64,000 nucleotides of DNA from Raja brachyura (lineage: Eukaryota): assembly GCA_963514005.1 (NCBI GenBank), contig OY740786.1, forward strand, positions 37,882,001-37,946,000, in the 5' to 3' direction. Positions 27,266 through 40,600 of the stretch are shown piece after piece; the stretch's first letter is position 1; each line of letters starts with the position of its first letter. The notes beneath the pieces were generated by a model. That model ran no database searches. It worked only from the letters and a program-made list of their open reading frames with translations, and was not told the origin of the DNA. The translations under genes and the position numbers were made by a program.

Positions 27266-28216
27266 GGTTTTTTTTGGGAGCGGAGCTCTGCACTTAGTCA
27301 TACTTTGGACCCAGCTTCCCAATTCAAGGACAGAAAGGGCCGGTATGATTGACCCTCTGCATCTGATCTGGGGAAAGGTGTGTCCATGGGAACTGCAGGC
27401 AGCAACTTCAGGCAAGAAGCTGAGTCCAATAAGGGTTGACCAATGCTCAGTCCAGTAATTGTCGTACTGATGCATAACTAATTTACATCTCTTCCTCATC
27501 TCTTGCTTGATTGATGTATGATTCTGTTTTAATTATGCACTTGGCATCCTCTGCACATCATCAAGTATTTAATTTAATGAAATTCACTCAATTTTAAATA
27601 TATCCTGTAATAATGTGTAATCAACGGTCAATGTGTAATAGAACAATTTATGCCACACTATTTAAGCATATACACAATGGAAAACATGGTTTAATGATGC
27701 TTAATGTTGAATAACATAATATCTTACTTAATCACCTGAAACATATTTACATGACTGGCAGCAACTGCAGATGTGTAATCACTAATATAATATACTTTAT
27801 AGTCCACAATGAACACTGCAGATTAACCCAGCTTTTAGATCAACAAGTCTACGATGGATTCCACTGCTTAAATAACAAGAGTGCTAATTACATCACCAAT
27901 ACATTCCAGCCTATATCGTTTGCCTTACTGAATTAAAAGAACACTTGTTAATTGTGCAGCTTTGGTAATATCTAAATCACCTTTCTTAATTCTTGTAGAA
28001 ACATTTTTTTTTAAAGCATAGTAAGATTGAAGGTAACAGTGACTTAGAGGTATCAGGTTTTCAAAGCACATTGATGATGAATCTTATTCATGAAAATACA
28101 GCTCGGAAAAATAAATTAGTGAAGCACTGACATAGTGAGTTGTACCGCCCTGTAGCAAAATACTGTCTTGTTCAATTATCTGGTATGAATTAGTATACTG
28201 GGATAAAACTCTTCTT

Positions 28217-29568
28217 GAATCACAATCCTGTTACTCCTCGTCTCTCCCAGCTTTAGTATATTCCTCCCTGCCATTGAAACCTCCTGGATTTACATCCAAC
28301 CCTGTCATACTATCAACCATCAAAATTTTTAACCAATTTCGTTGCCATTATGAGCTTACATCAGCTTCATTTCTTGGTCCCATTCTCAGTAACCATTTAT
28401 TCCCCCCCTCTACACTTGACTCAACCTTTCGACAGTGGGGTTTCAATAGTCTTATGTCCATTAAGGATTTATACACTAACAACATATTTGATAGTTTCGA
28501 CTACCTACACAAAAAACATGGCCTCCCACATAATCATTTCGTTAAATATCTTCAGGTTCGCCACTTTGTCATGAACAAATTTCCTTCTTTTCCTGATCTC
28601 CCTCCTCACAGTGTTGGATAAACTCACTCTTACCTTTGCAAATAAGGGACTGATCTGTGCTGTATATTCTCGATTGATGTATTTAGGAGATCAAAACCTG
28701 AACAAAGATAAAGCTAGGTGGGAGGATGACCTTGGTATGGATCTGCCTGAGGAATGCTGGACAGAAGCGCTGAAAAATGTCCACTCCTCATCATCATGTG
28801 CTAGATTTGGGCTCATACAATTTAAAATTTTACACAGGGTTCATTTAAGCAAAGCCAGGCTTGCTATCATATATCCAGGGACGGACGCTGGCCGTGACAG
28901 GTGCTCGTTCTCTCCAGCCAAACTAGCTCATGCATTCTGGTCTTGCCCCAAACTTGTTAACTACTGGGCAGTGGTTTTTAAAACCATCAGTGAAGTCCTT
29001 GGGTTGACAATGAGACCCTGCCCGCTTGTAGCTGTATTTGGTGTAACAGATAAAACCTTGGGTTTAAATACAACCCAGTCTGATATCATTACATTTACAT
29101 CACTTTTGGCCCGTAGGAGAATCTTCCTGGTCTGGAAATCTAACACTCCTCCATCTGCCGCTGCTTGGCTGGAAGACGTGATGTTTTTTTTAAGGTTAGA
29201 AAAGATTAAATTCACATTGAGGGCGTCTGTGAAAAAGTTTTATTTGAAATGGAAACCCTTTTTATCATACTTTGAGGGTCTAAAGGAACTACCTATTGAC
29301 TGAGGGCACTTGACATTAAGTGGGGATCTGCCTTTATTCTGTTTTGTTACTTTATTATTGTTAAAAAGTGCATTTGATTTTGTGATATATTTGGATTGTG
29401 AAACAATAAGCTGCCAAGGGGTGTTTAGGGAGGGTGGGTTAGGGTTATTTTGTTTATATTATTATTATTTTTATTTATAAAAAAACAAAATGGAGGAAAA
29501 TGTAATGCCATACATCAGATGTACTGTGAATTTTTTTCCCCTCCAATAAAAAACTATTAATTAAAAAA
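28217..29568 (+). mobile_element. 5'-truncated L1-clade LINE with TSD
   Basis: ORFs 28274-28621 and 28611-29303 give the L1 ORF2 C-terminus (KYLQVRHF; LIQFKILHRVHLS; DRC..HAFWSC). AATAAA at 29545 and an A tail follow. TSD AAAACTCTTCTT at 28205-28216 and 29569-29580. Confidence 0.9.
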
Positions 29569-29982
29569 AAAACTCTTCTTATGATTCAGGTGAATCCCCA
29601 ATATAAAAGTGGCTTTCAAGAACAAATAACCTATATAATTGAGACACAATAAATTGCAGATGCTGGAATCTTGCACAAAAAAAACTAAGTGCTGGAGGAG
29701 CTCAATGGGTTAGACAGCATCTGTGGAGGAAATTATGTCAAACTCTTATTCCGTCACCTCTGCCTCTTTTTTTTGGCCAGCAGTCCTGGCCCCCTCAAGC
29801 CAGCCTTTTCTCATCACCAACACTCCTCTTTCCCCTGGCCTCCCCATTGCTGGCCTTTTACCTTCTCTAAACCTTTTCATCTCTGACTGATGCCATGTCA
29901 CGAAGCAACTTAAATTCTCCACTCCCCTTAACCACTCCAATATCACCCCAACCCAACATGCATGCTTCCGCTCACTCAGTAA

Positions 29983-30815
29983 AGGGCCTGTCCCACTAAT
30001 GTGACTTCCCAGCGACTGTCTTCGACCTTCAAGCTCGAGGGCATTCGCCTGAAAACCTCGAGCTGGAACGACCGTCAGCGCTGAAACCGTGAGCCGGATC
30101 GACTGTCTGCACACACACACACACACACACACAAACACATCGCAAAGGCGGGGGCCTGGGAAAGCAGGGGAGCACTGTCTGAAATTCACACCCACGATGA
30201 ACGCGGTAAAAGACGGCTGGCACAGTTACGGTAAGTCTATTAGAGAGCATGGAGAGGGGTGGGGGGGAGTGAGGGGGAGAGAAAGGGGGTGAGAAGGGGG
30301 GGAGAGAAGGAGGGGGAGGGAGAAGGGTGAGGGAGAAGGAGGGAATGAAGGGGGGGGAGAAGGGGGGGCAGAATGGGGGGGGGGGGCAGAAGGAGTGGAG
30401 ACACTTTTAAGAAGCCAGACAACTTTTAACAAAGTTTAGCGGGCATTTAACATTACCGGTCGGTTTACTTACCTTTTTTTTCTCAACGAGCTTTATCTTC
30501 GACTACCTTCGATTACCCTTGATTGCCTTCGACTACCTACAATAGCATTAAGACCGACTACGACCTACCTTGGCTAAAACTACGAGTAAAAAAATATCAA
30601 TTTTGGCAACCTTTTTTTACTGGCGGGCATTTTCCAGCATGTTAAAACAAAAACCCGTGACCTAGCTGAGGCCTTGAGTACACAGGAACTACTCTCAAGC
30701 ACGTAGGAGAGTACAAAGTCCTCCTAGGACCTTGTGTCGACCATGCTGCGAGTATAAGTTTTAAGGGCAAACTCGTTTAAACTCTCTAATTAGGTCTCCT
30801 AATTAGACATCCCCT
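29983..30815. mobile_element. PIF/Harbinger-type MITE (833 bp)
   Basis: TAA-AGGGCCTGTCCCACT on the left and a degenerate right end ..TTAGACATCCCCT-TAA. The interior has (CA)n, a G-rich tract at 30252-30390 and CTTCGACTAC-like repeats. Confidence 0.7.
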
Positions 30816-30981
30816 TAATGGTTCCAATGTTGTCATCAAATATGCTGATGTGAGTTTGTCTGGCAGGCTGACCTCCACACTGCTGAGGCCAGGTATCAGC
30901 TCACAGACCCTTGCTCACACCTACCCCTCGGCTATGACCTCTGGAGATCTCCTCCCCGCAGCCTCTAACCTTATAGTTCCC

Positions 30982-31369
30982 TCCCTGTCCCACTTAGGAG
31001 ACCTAAACAGCAACCTCTGGTGACCTTGCCCGCCACCCAAGGTTTCCATGAGGTCACCGGAGGTTTTGGTCACTCTCCCTAATGGTCGAAAGTGGTTTCC
31101 ACGTGGTTGAGGCCTCATCTAGGTCGCTGCTATTTTTCATCATGATTAAAACCGGCCTCGACTAAAAATAGGTTGCCATATTAAAAATCGATCATTTTTT
31201 AGTCGCACGTCTAGTCGAAGCCGGTTTTCTTCATAGTCGAGGAAGGTTTTCAACATATGCACGGGAGGTTATAGGAGGTTGCAGGTCACCTCGACCTTGA
31301 TGTTTGTTTTGGGTGGCGGGCAAGGTCACCAGAGGTTGCTGTTTAGGTCCCCTAAGTGGGATGGGGGCT
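30982..31369. mobile_element. PIF/Harbinger-type MITE with ~55-bp TIRs
   Basis: CCTGTCCCACTTAGGAGACCTAAACAGCAACCTCTGGTGACCTTGCCCGCCACCCAA is inverted at about 31309-31364 and followed by TAA. The left tip is eroded. Confidence 0.85.
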
Positions 31370-31744
31370 TAACCCTAGACTCCATTTCTATCTCTTTGCC
31401 ACATTCCACAAGCAGGATTGCCCTGGCAGACCCATTGGTTCTGCCATCCAACCAAACTAATTTTGTCACATTCCCCCTCTTGTCAAATCGCTTCCAACCT
31501 ACATCCGAGACACGTCACGTAATCTTCACTACTTCAATAAATTTCAATTCCAAGGCCCACATTGTCTCATCTTCACAATGGACATCCAGTCTCTTTACAC
31601 TTTTATTCCCCATCAGAAAGGGCTCAAAGCACTCCAGTTCTTTCTTGAGCAGAGACCCAATTAGTTCCCCTCAACTAACACTCTCCTCCACCTGGCGAAA
31701 CCTGTCCTCACCATTAACTTTTGACTCCTCCACTTTCTTCAACT

Positions 31745-31963
31745 CGAGGCCCCCGACCAAGGAAGAACAACAAGGAAAGGACGGAACTTTATTTTCGCCT
31801 TCCATCACAGTGAGGAATGTGTAGGAGTCACTGTGATGGATGTTTATCTTAAAATGTGTTTTTTGTTTCTGTTGCTTTTTTAAATTGTATGACTGACCTT
31901 GCCAGTGTATTTCACTATGCCAATTGGTGTATGTGACAATAAATTAACTTATGAACTTATGAA
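31745..31963 (+). mobile_element. 3' fragment of the GC-rich SINE-like family
   Basis: Perfect 13-bp stem TCCATCACAGTGA/TCACTGTGATGGA at 31801-31840, then TGTATGACTG..TGACAATAAA and an (AACTTATG)n tail. Confidence 0.75.
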
Positions 31964-32724
31964 GTCAAAGGTATTCCCATGGGCCCCAGTCATGCCCTTT
32001 TTTTTGTTACATTCAACACTCCTTATTCCAAATGTACCACAGCACCATTTCCTAACATTTTCTCCTCTACATCAATGACTGCATTGAGGCCGCTTCCTGT
32101 ACCCATGCCGAATGCATTGATATCATTCACTTGGTCTATCTTTGACACCTCCCTCCTCTTTCTTGCTCTCTCTGACTACATTATGGGGGCAGACCATCAA
32201 CTGAAGCCTACTATAAACCCACTGACTGCTGGAGCTAGCTTAATTACAATTCCTCCCACTCTGCCTCTTGCAAGGATGCCATCTTTACTTGCAATTTCTC
32301 CATCGCATCTGTTCCCAAGATGAGGCTTTCCACTAAATGTGGACTTTAAATGTGAATTCCCTCCCTGTTGTTCTGGATGGAACCCCCACCCATGTCCTGC
32401 AGTTCTGCTATTACACCCTCTCCCCAAATACACTAAGAACAGTTTCTCCCTGGTCTTCACTTCACGAGCCTATGCATCCAACACAACATTCTTTGCCATT
32501 TCCATCACCTTCAAAGTGATCTCACTATCAATCATATATTCTCACCCCGCCCCTTTCCGCTTTCTGTGGGGAACACTCTTTCTGCAACTTCTTCATTATC
32601 TCATGTCCCCTCACCTATCCTGTCCCAGCACTTGCCACCGCAGAAGATATGACACCTCTCCCGACTTCTCCTCTCTCACTTTCATTCAGGGACCCCAGTG
32701 AGACAGAGGTTGTACATATCGAGC

Positions 32725-32845
32725 CATAGAGTGATACAGCATGGAAACAGGCCCTACAGCCTAGTGTACATTTCCCAGCTACACTAGTCCCACCAGCCCT
32801 CATTTGGTCTATATCCCTCCAACCTGTCCTATCCATGTACCTGTC
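32725..32845 (-). mobile_element. Short CR1 3' tail
   Basis: CATAGAGTGATACAGCATGGAAACAGGCCC..CCTATCCATGTACCTGTC, homologous to 48090-48225. Confidence 0.7.
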
Positions 32846-33664
32846 AGGCCTCCTCTAACCTTATCTACTACACTTGGTACTCCTGCTGTGACCTTTTTCG
32901 CATTGGCAAGAACAAGCATTGACTAGGCAAATATTTTGCTAAACACTTCCACTCTCTGCTAAGGCCTGAAGGATCTCCTGGTTGCTACAAATTTAACTCC
33001 CTTTCCCATTCTCACACTGACTTTTCCCTCCTTGGCCTCTCCCATTGCTGGAGTGACGCCACACGCAAAAGAACAGCATGTCTTACTCTGCTTGGTTAGC
33101 CTACAACCCAATGGTATGAACATTGAATTCTACAATTTCAAGTAATACACCTCCAAATCATCTTCTCTCCCACTGCTCCCCCACTACTCCAGTGCACACA
33201 CATTTTTCCCACCATTTTCCACTCGTTCCCTGTCAACCCGTGCGTTCCTTCCTGTGCTCATCCCTATCCCCAAGTCCTACAGTTTATTTTTATCCCACCT
33301 CTTTCCCCTCCCCCTGTCCCATTCCACCATATCCTTCACTCTGGGTTTACATTTCTATCCTCTTCTTTCCTTATCTGACATCCTCTTCTCCTTTTCACCT
33401 CCAGCCTTTGTCACTTACTCCACCCAGCTGCCACCCCTGCAACCATCTGTATTAACCTATCACTTAGCAAGCTTTACCACCCCCCCCCCCCACCCTCCAC
33501 CCCCCCACCCTGCTTCTCTTTTTGAGTTTTCTCCCCCTTTGCCAAGAAGAGTCATGACCAATATTGTCTGTCTATCCCCTCCACGGATGCTGTCTGACCA
33601 AATGAATTCCTCCAGCACTTTGATTTTTAACCAGTAGTGTTCAGCATTCTGAGATTCTTACCTA

Positions 33665-35278
33665 CAGTGGCTTGCAAAAGTATTCATACCCCTTGAACTT
33701 TTCCACATTTTGTCACGTTACAACCACAAACGTAAATGTATTTTATTGGGATTTTATATGATAGACCAACATAAAGTGGTGCATAATTGTGAAGTGGAAG
33801 GAAAATGATACATGGCTTCCAAATTTTATTACAAATAAAAAACTGAAAAGTGTGGCATGCAAAAGGATTCAGCCCCCTTAACCAATACTTTGCAGAATCA
33901 CCTTTCGCTGAAATTGGAGCTGCAAGTCTTTTAGGGTATGTCTCTACCGGCTTTGTATATCTAGAGACTGAAATTTTTGCCCATTCTTCTTTGCAAAATA
34001 GCTCAAGCTCAGTCAGATTGGATGGAGAGCATCTGTGAACAGCAATTTTCAGTCTTGCCAGAGATTCTCAATTGGATTTAGGCCTGGACTTTGACTGGGC
34101 CATTCTAACACACGAATATGCTTTGATCTAAACCATTCTATTGTAGCTCTGGCTGTATGTTTCAGGTCATTGTCCTGCTGGAAGGTGAACCTCCACCCCA
34201 GTCTCAAGTCTTTTGCAGACTCTAACAGGTTTTCTTCCTAGATTGCCATGTATTTGGCTCCATCCATCTTCCCATCAACTCTGACCAGCTTCCCTGTGCC
34301 TGCTGGAGAAAAGCATCCCCACAGCATGATGCTGCCACTTCCATGTTTCACAGTGGGGATGGTGTGTTTAGAGTGATGTGCAGTGTTAGTTTTCTGCCAC
34401 ATATAGCGTTTTGCATTTAGGCCAAAAACTTCAATTTTGGTCTCACCAGACCAGAGCACCTTCCGCCACATGTTTGCTGTGTCCCCCACATGGCTTGTGG
34501 CAAACTGCAAATGGGACTTCTTATGGTTTTGTTTCAACAATGGCTTTCTTCTTGCCACTCTTCCATAAAGGCCCGATTTGTGGAGTACACAACTAATAGT
34601 TGTCCTGTGGACAGATTCTCCCACCTGAGCTGTGGATCTCTGCAGCTCCTCCAGAGTTACCATGGGCCTCTTGGCTGCTTCTCTGATCAATGCTCTCTTT
34701 GCCCGGCCTGTCAGGTTAGGTGGACGGCCATGTCTTGGTAGGTTTGCAGTTGTGCCATACTCTTTCCATTTTCGGATGATAGATTGAACAGTGCTCTGTG
34801 AGATGTTCAAAGCTTGGGATATTTTTTTATAACCTAACCATGCTTTAAACGTCTCCACAACTTTATCGCTGACCTGTCTGGCGTGTTCCTCAGGCTTCAC
34901 GATGCTGTTTGTCACTAATGTTTTCTAACAAACCTCCGAGGCCTTCACAGAACAGCTGTATTTATACTGAGATTAGATTGCACACAACTGGACTCTATTT
35001 ACTAATTAGGTGACTTCTGAAGGCAATTGGTTGCACTGGATTTTATTTAGGGGTATCAGAGTAAAGGGGGCTGAATACCTTTGCACACCACAATTTTCAG
35101 TTTTTTATTTGTAAAAAGATTTGAAAACCATGTATCATTTTCCTTCCACTTCACAATTATGTGTCACTTTGTGTTGGTCTATCACATAAAATCCCAATAA
35201 AATATATTTACATTTGTGGTTGTAATGTGACAAAATGTGGAAAGGTTCAAGGGGTATGAATACTTTTGCAAGCCACTG
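33665..35278 (-). mobile_element. Full-length Tc1/mariner (IR/DR type, Passport-like) DNA transposon
   Basis: TA-CAGTGGCTTGCAAAAGTATTCATACCCCTTGAAC.. and ..GTTCAAGGGGTATGAATACTTTTGCAAGCCACTG-TA. TIRs are about 215 bp with inner direct repeats. Length 1614 bp. Confidence 0.97.
33882..34900 (-). pseudogene. Tc1 DD34E transposase, inactivated
   Basis: GRPP, GRVARRKPLL, VLWSGETK (catalytic D to G), TVKHGSGSIMLWGCF, premature TAG at 34238-34240, then FQQDND and [15 protein letters not shown], with a frameshift near 34050. The start codon reads GTG. Confidence 0.95.
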
Positions 35279-37327
35279 TATTTATAACAGCTGTTGAGAT
35301 AAATTGCCTTTCTGAATTTTCTGTTGTGGGTAAATCCCTTATATAAACACGTCTTCAGTTGATAATTCCCACTACAGAAATCAGCTGATTATGATGAATT
35401 GGCCTATAATGCGTTTTCTTTTTAGTGTTTTGCAAGTGATTCGTAGTTCATCATAGATTTGGTTAGAATGTAAATTGAGTTTCTGAAAGCTGACATTTAT
35501 TTCCTCCATAATCTTTCCTCAGGTTTCAATATCTGTGCAATTATCCATAATCTATCAACATCATTTGTTCCAAATTCCTGTCCATCAAATTAACAGCAGA
35601 ATAATTAGCTTGCTGGAATTGACTCCAAATTAACCTGGCGTTTATTTATCTCTTTGGTTGACAAGACATGCTTCGTGTCACTTGTTCCAAGTTTCTATGG
35701 TCTCTCACGCTTCCTTGTTCCCTGTGACCACCTAGTGGGGTCCAGGAAGGCTATTCGAACAATTTACATTGGGGATAGTGTTCACACTGAGAACTGCAGC
35801 TGATATGAAGCTGAGGGTCAGATAGAAAGTGCATTCAGCCTCTCAGTTCAGTAAGTTAGTGAATATCCCTGGTCTCAAAAGGACCATCTAGGGATGTTAG
35901 TAAGCAATGTCTAGAGGCCAGGTTGCCACTCACGGCCTGCCCTACTTATGGGATGTCTTAAACAGAGCCCTCAAGGCTATTGGGAGCTATGCAAGGGCAA
36001 AAATCACTGTAGTTGCAGGGATAGCTGGATGGATGAAGTTTGTTTGCAACCTTGGTTCTATATTTTATCTTACTTATACCAAAGGTTTGTGCTTTAAATC
36101 GCCAACATAAGGTTGATGATTTTAACTGAAGAATATTTAACATTATTCCCAATCAACCATGAGTCATTCCAATTTGGAATACTGCCATTACCCATATCAC
36201 TAGTTACTTATTCAAAACAACATTTCCTTCAGTAAGAAGAGAGCCTTTGATATTTTCCGCTGATTTGCATCCCCGTTGTGCAAGAGGGTTGAAAGAACAA
36301 GTTATTTATGCAGACAGAAATGCCTTCATATATTTACAAATAATTAAATAAATATAATCTCTCAATAAAATAAATCCTTGCATGTCAATAGTTTCATACT
36401 GTGCATTATGTTGGGGATCAGACTGACCATCATGTGATCGGCGGTAAAATCACCAAAGCACACCCTCAATATTTAATTTTGAAATGATTTTTGAAAAACT
36501 GCAACATGAGCTTGGGAAAACAGAGCAAAAATGCTCTTTTTCTGAATTGTTGAATTCCATGAAGATCACCATGGAAACAAACTATGGAGAACATATATTC
36601 TGGAAATCTCTCTGTGCATTGTCAGTGACTTGTGATGTCAGGATGCAAAGCTCATGATTGGCGGGAGTACTATAATGATTTATAAACCTGCACACTAACA
36701 AAAACTTTTCTTCAATGCCTGCACATGCCGCATTTTAAATTAATGTAGTCTCCCAATTGAAGACTAGGCTCATGGAGAGAGGGGAAAAGATCAGCAATAT
36801 TATCTTTCATCTTTGTATTCTATCAGAATACATTTTTGATATGGATTTTTTTTATTTAAAATCATTAATGTTATTTTGAGCCCCATTTTCAGGATGGAAT
36901 CAATTGGAGTCCCTCACACTCTCTCCAAATGTGTGATTGACAGCTGGCATCTTTCAAATGTAAAATCAAACATTACTGCAGAATCTCCCACAAGAACATA
37001 AACTGTGAAATTACATGAATATTTCTTAATTCATTTCTTTGTGGAAAAAAAATTAAAGTTGTTATATATCAAGTTATGAATAAGTGATGAGTTTGTATCA
37101 TTCAGTGCAAGAATGGTTTTATTTTAAACTAGACTAAGTGGGACCCGTTGGGTCCCATGTTCACATGGGAGGGCTGGTCCCTCAACGCAATATTCCACCT
37201 CTCCACCAATTCCAATTGGGGCCAGTTGGGGGGGAGGGGCTTTCTGGAGTGCTAGTATGGGTGTTGTGGTCTGAAGGGACTGGTTTTTAGAAGCCTAGTA
37301 TGGACATTGTGGGCTGAATGGATTCTT

Positions 37328-37440
37328 GGGCTGGCAGCTCAGTCACTCGGGCCTGGTGGGCTGGCAGCTCAGTCACTCAGGCCTGGTAGGCTGGCAGCTC
37401 AGTCACTCAGGGCTGGTGGGCTGGCAGTTCGCTCATGGCT
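37328..37440 (+). repeat. 30-bp minisatellite (about 3.5 copies) inside the Helitron
   Basis: GGGCTGGCAGCTCAGTCACTCRGGSCTGGT repeated in tandem. Confidence 0.9.
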
Positions 37441-37455
37441 ATTCCTTGAAATTCC

Positions 37456-37607
37456 ATTTCAAGCAGAGTGCAGGCCATCAAATTCAATTTCATAGCATTT
37501 CAGGCAGTGTGCAGGCCACCAAATTCAATTTCATAGAATTTCAAGCAGTGTGCAGGCCACCAAATTAAATTTTGTAGCATTTCAAGCAGAGTGTAGGCCA
37601 CCAAATT
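37456..37607 (+). repeat. ~41-bp minisatellite (about 4 copies) inside the Helitron
   Basis: ATTTCAAGCAGWGTGCAGGCCACCAAATTCAATTTCATAGC repeated in tandem. Confidence 0.9.
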
Positions 37608-40600
37608 GCCAAAGAACTCATTGCATTGTCATTAAGGGCTAACAAATCACTTATTGCAAGTACATTGCAGACTCACAGTTGAGTTGATTCACAGCTTAGA
37701 ATCACAGTTGTGGACTCTCCCTCGTGATTTTCCAGAGTGATTAATTCACGTCCAAGCATCCGGGGTTTTATAGTCCTGCCAACCCCCCCCCCAGAATGGG
37801 CATTACCTTCATTGTGGTGATTAACAGCGAGAGGACCAATCAGCTGATCTCAAGATTTTTTAAACACTCATAACTTTTTTATTTTTAATCGATCGGAAAA
37901 ATCCTCGGGGCTGCCTCAGCGGAGGAGGACTGAGTAAGATGGCAAAAATCATAACAATATATGATTGTTTTTTCTAAAATCAATATACAGTGCACACAAG
38001 AAGTTGTCAAGGTTAGACTTTTAGTTATATAGATGTGTGTATACTTCACTGAACATGTTGATGGTCATTCTAATCTTATCTTACATTATGCTCTCCTGGT
38101 AGGCTCCTACTTTTACTCCATTGTAAACCAGAGGCAATCAAAATGTTTGCATCTCTCATTCCAAATACCTGAAAGTAATGTTTACCCACCATCCCTTTTG
38201 TTGTTCACCTACATGAACTCCTGTTTAATTAAATGTACTACTCCCTCCATTATTTACCCCTCTCTCCCCTCTCTGATTGCAAGTGTCATCAGTGCCATAG
38301 TCCTACAAGATCTTTAGATCTTTCCCATTTTTGGCCTCTTGCCTGGTAAGCTCCACCACAGGACATGATGGCCAAACAGGGCTCTAGGCAATGCTTACCA
38401 ACATCCTTTGGCAGTCTCTTGGAGGTCAGGGATGTTCACTAACTTATTGAGCTGAGAGACTGGACGCACTTCCTATCTGGCCACTCAGTTTTACATCAGC
38501 CAAAGTTAATGCCTTTAGATGTCAAGATCCCAAGCTCTGGAACTCCCTCCCTTCACTTCTCCACTTCCTGAGAAACTTGTTACAATTACAGTAACTCTAA
38601 TTGAACTTTATATTTGATCTCTAATTATCTCCTTATATGGCATGGAATCAGATTTTTTTGATAACTGTGCCAGTGAAGTACAACATCCACAGGGAGGTTT
38701 TACTATACATATGTATATTTGTCTATGCGAGTTGCATTCAACTTCACTTGGTGGTAATTATTAGCCTTTTATTAGAACTCAACACTATTTATTGCATTGT
38801 TAAGACATTAAATAATTCGATCCACCTTGACTTTGAGTATTGCTAGACAAAAGAACAAGTGAAAGATGGCCACTTGAGATAACTCTCAATTTTTTACATT
38901 ACTGAAATAAAATTGTAGAAAGATTGCCAGCTTGCTATTCCCTGTAAAAATCTATTTTGATGTCCATATTGTTTATGATCTGATTGCATGACACTTAATG
39001 GTCCAGTTATAAAAAAAATCCATAGAGTGTGATCCTCAGCTACAGGGAGTGATAAACATCAATGGCTTTGATCATTGGCATGTGCAGTGTGTGCTGATTT
39101 CTGCAATGGACATTGCAAATGGTTTTGATTACACTTGGCTAGGAGGGGAGGAAACCAGGTCTGTATCACTTTCAGGACTCATTGAATAGAGTACATAATG
39201 TTGGACACTCAGTTTGACAATAGTGCTCTATGGCCTTGCAGCTGGTACTAACCAGTTTCATACAAGTATAACGGTCATTCTGAACCAAGGCTCAAGATTG
39301 CTGTGAATAAGAGGTTCACTAACATAGTTAGGGAGAGACAAGTCAGAGAAGATGGAGTGAAAATCAGTAAAATAAGAGTCTTGAATGTTTTGTTTCTTCA
39401 GTTGCATTTACAATAACCTTTCTTTGTAGTTTATTTTAAATTGTAAATTATGGAAAGAGTGGCTTCTGAACTTGATATCATCAAAATGTCAGCTGCACAA
39501 AGACTTGTGTTTATCTAGAGAATGGTCAGACAGCTATGCTATTATGGAGTTTTTTGGAGCTCAATTTATTCTTATTTATTTGAGTATGCACTCAACCCCA
39601 GTACTTAGCTGGATGTTGCTGTAAATAAGGTATCATAATGAAAAGTGAATCTGCCTGTGTAAACACAGCATCTGGGAAAAGAAGATGAATACAGTGTTAG
39701 GACCTTATGTCTATTTGGGATGAGAAAGCTCATTTTCCCTCACAGTATGATGAAGAAAGATTTACACAAAATCAGCGTAGCAAGTATACAGCAGGTTATT
39801 GAACTAAATAAGTAATATCTACTTCAGCAGCAAGCCTAAAGATTTAGCCACCTTTAAACATATTTGTTTCTACCTTACTCAGCACTGACAATGGTACTAA
39901 CTCCACAAAGCTGTAATATTGTTTGCCTATTTGGCTAATGGCAGCTTAAACTCTTAAAGGGAAAATTTACAATTCACCTTTGTTCTGCTGTTATCTCTTA
40001 AGAGTAAATTTAGACATATCCATCAAAAGATTTCATGTGCAAGAATAGGAAAAAATATAACATTTGATTTGATGTTGTATTGATTTAAAAATTTAAAAAA
40101 AGTATTTTTGGCAGAGACATCCATTGAAAAATGTCAAAGCTTCACAATGATAAAATCCTAGGTTTAATACTGAACGTGTATACAGATTACTGGATGACAT
40201 ATTATCTGCACATGTATATTTGGAAAGGCTCTTCTTAAAACAGCCCAAAGTCAGTAAAACTGTTTTGTGCAGCACATGAGCGAAGAAAACTTGCCCAGAA
40301 TTGTACAAATAGCCATTGATGCAGCATTATTAACAGTATATGTCATTATTCATGGTTTTTATATCTTTAATTATACCTCCTTCACATGTGGATTTCCTGG
40401 AGACCGAGTGACTCAAAACTTGCCTTGATTCAGCTGATGAGATACAGACTGAATGGTGCAGACTCAGTGGGCCAAAGGGTCTGTTATCATGCTGTATGTC
40501 CCTACATTAATATAACAAATTGACAGGTTGCAAATCTCAAATTTGGCTCATGGCTGGAAAGGTCATGAATACAATTAATATGAAACTGCATGCACATTAA

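Larger units (their letters stand above)
29645..33655 (+). mobile_element. Old Penelope-like element with an inverted 5' pseudo-LTR, heavily nested
   Basis: 29655-29730 is inverted relative to 33577-33650. Degenerate RT/GIY-YIG sequence at 30820-33150 is homologous to 2690-3780 (for example ATGGGCCCCAGT, CTATAAACCCACTGAC, CATTGAATTCT). Confidence 0.7.
37129..38033 (-). mobile_element. Non-autonomous Helitron
   Basis: The minus strand reads A|TCTATATAAC...TGGGACCC-AAC-GGGTCCCA-CTTAGT-CTAG|T: 5' TC, a subterminal hairpin at 37139-37157, 3' CTAG, insertion between A and T, no TSD. Confidence 0.85.

Noticed and set aside
37328-37607. CRISPR-like repeat array
   Set aside because: The units are contiguous tandem repeats with no unique spacers, there are no cas genes, and the context is eukaryotic. 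They are minisatellites within a Helitron.
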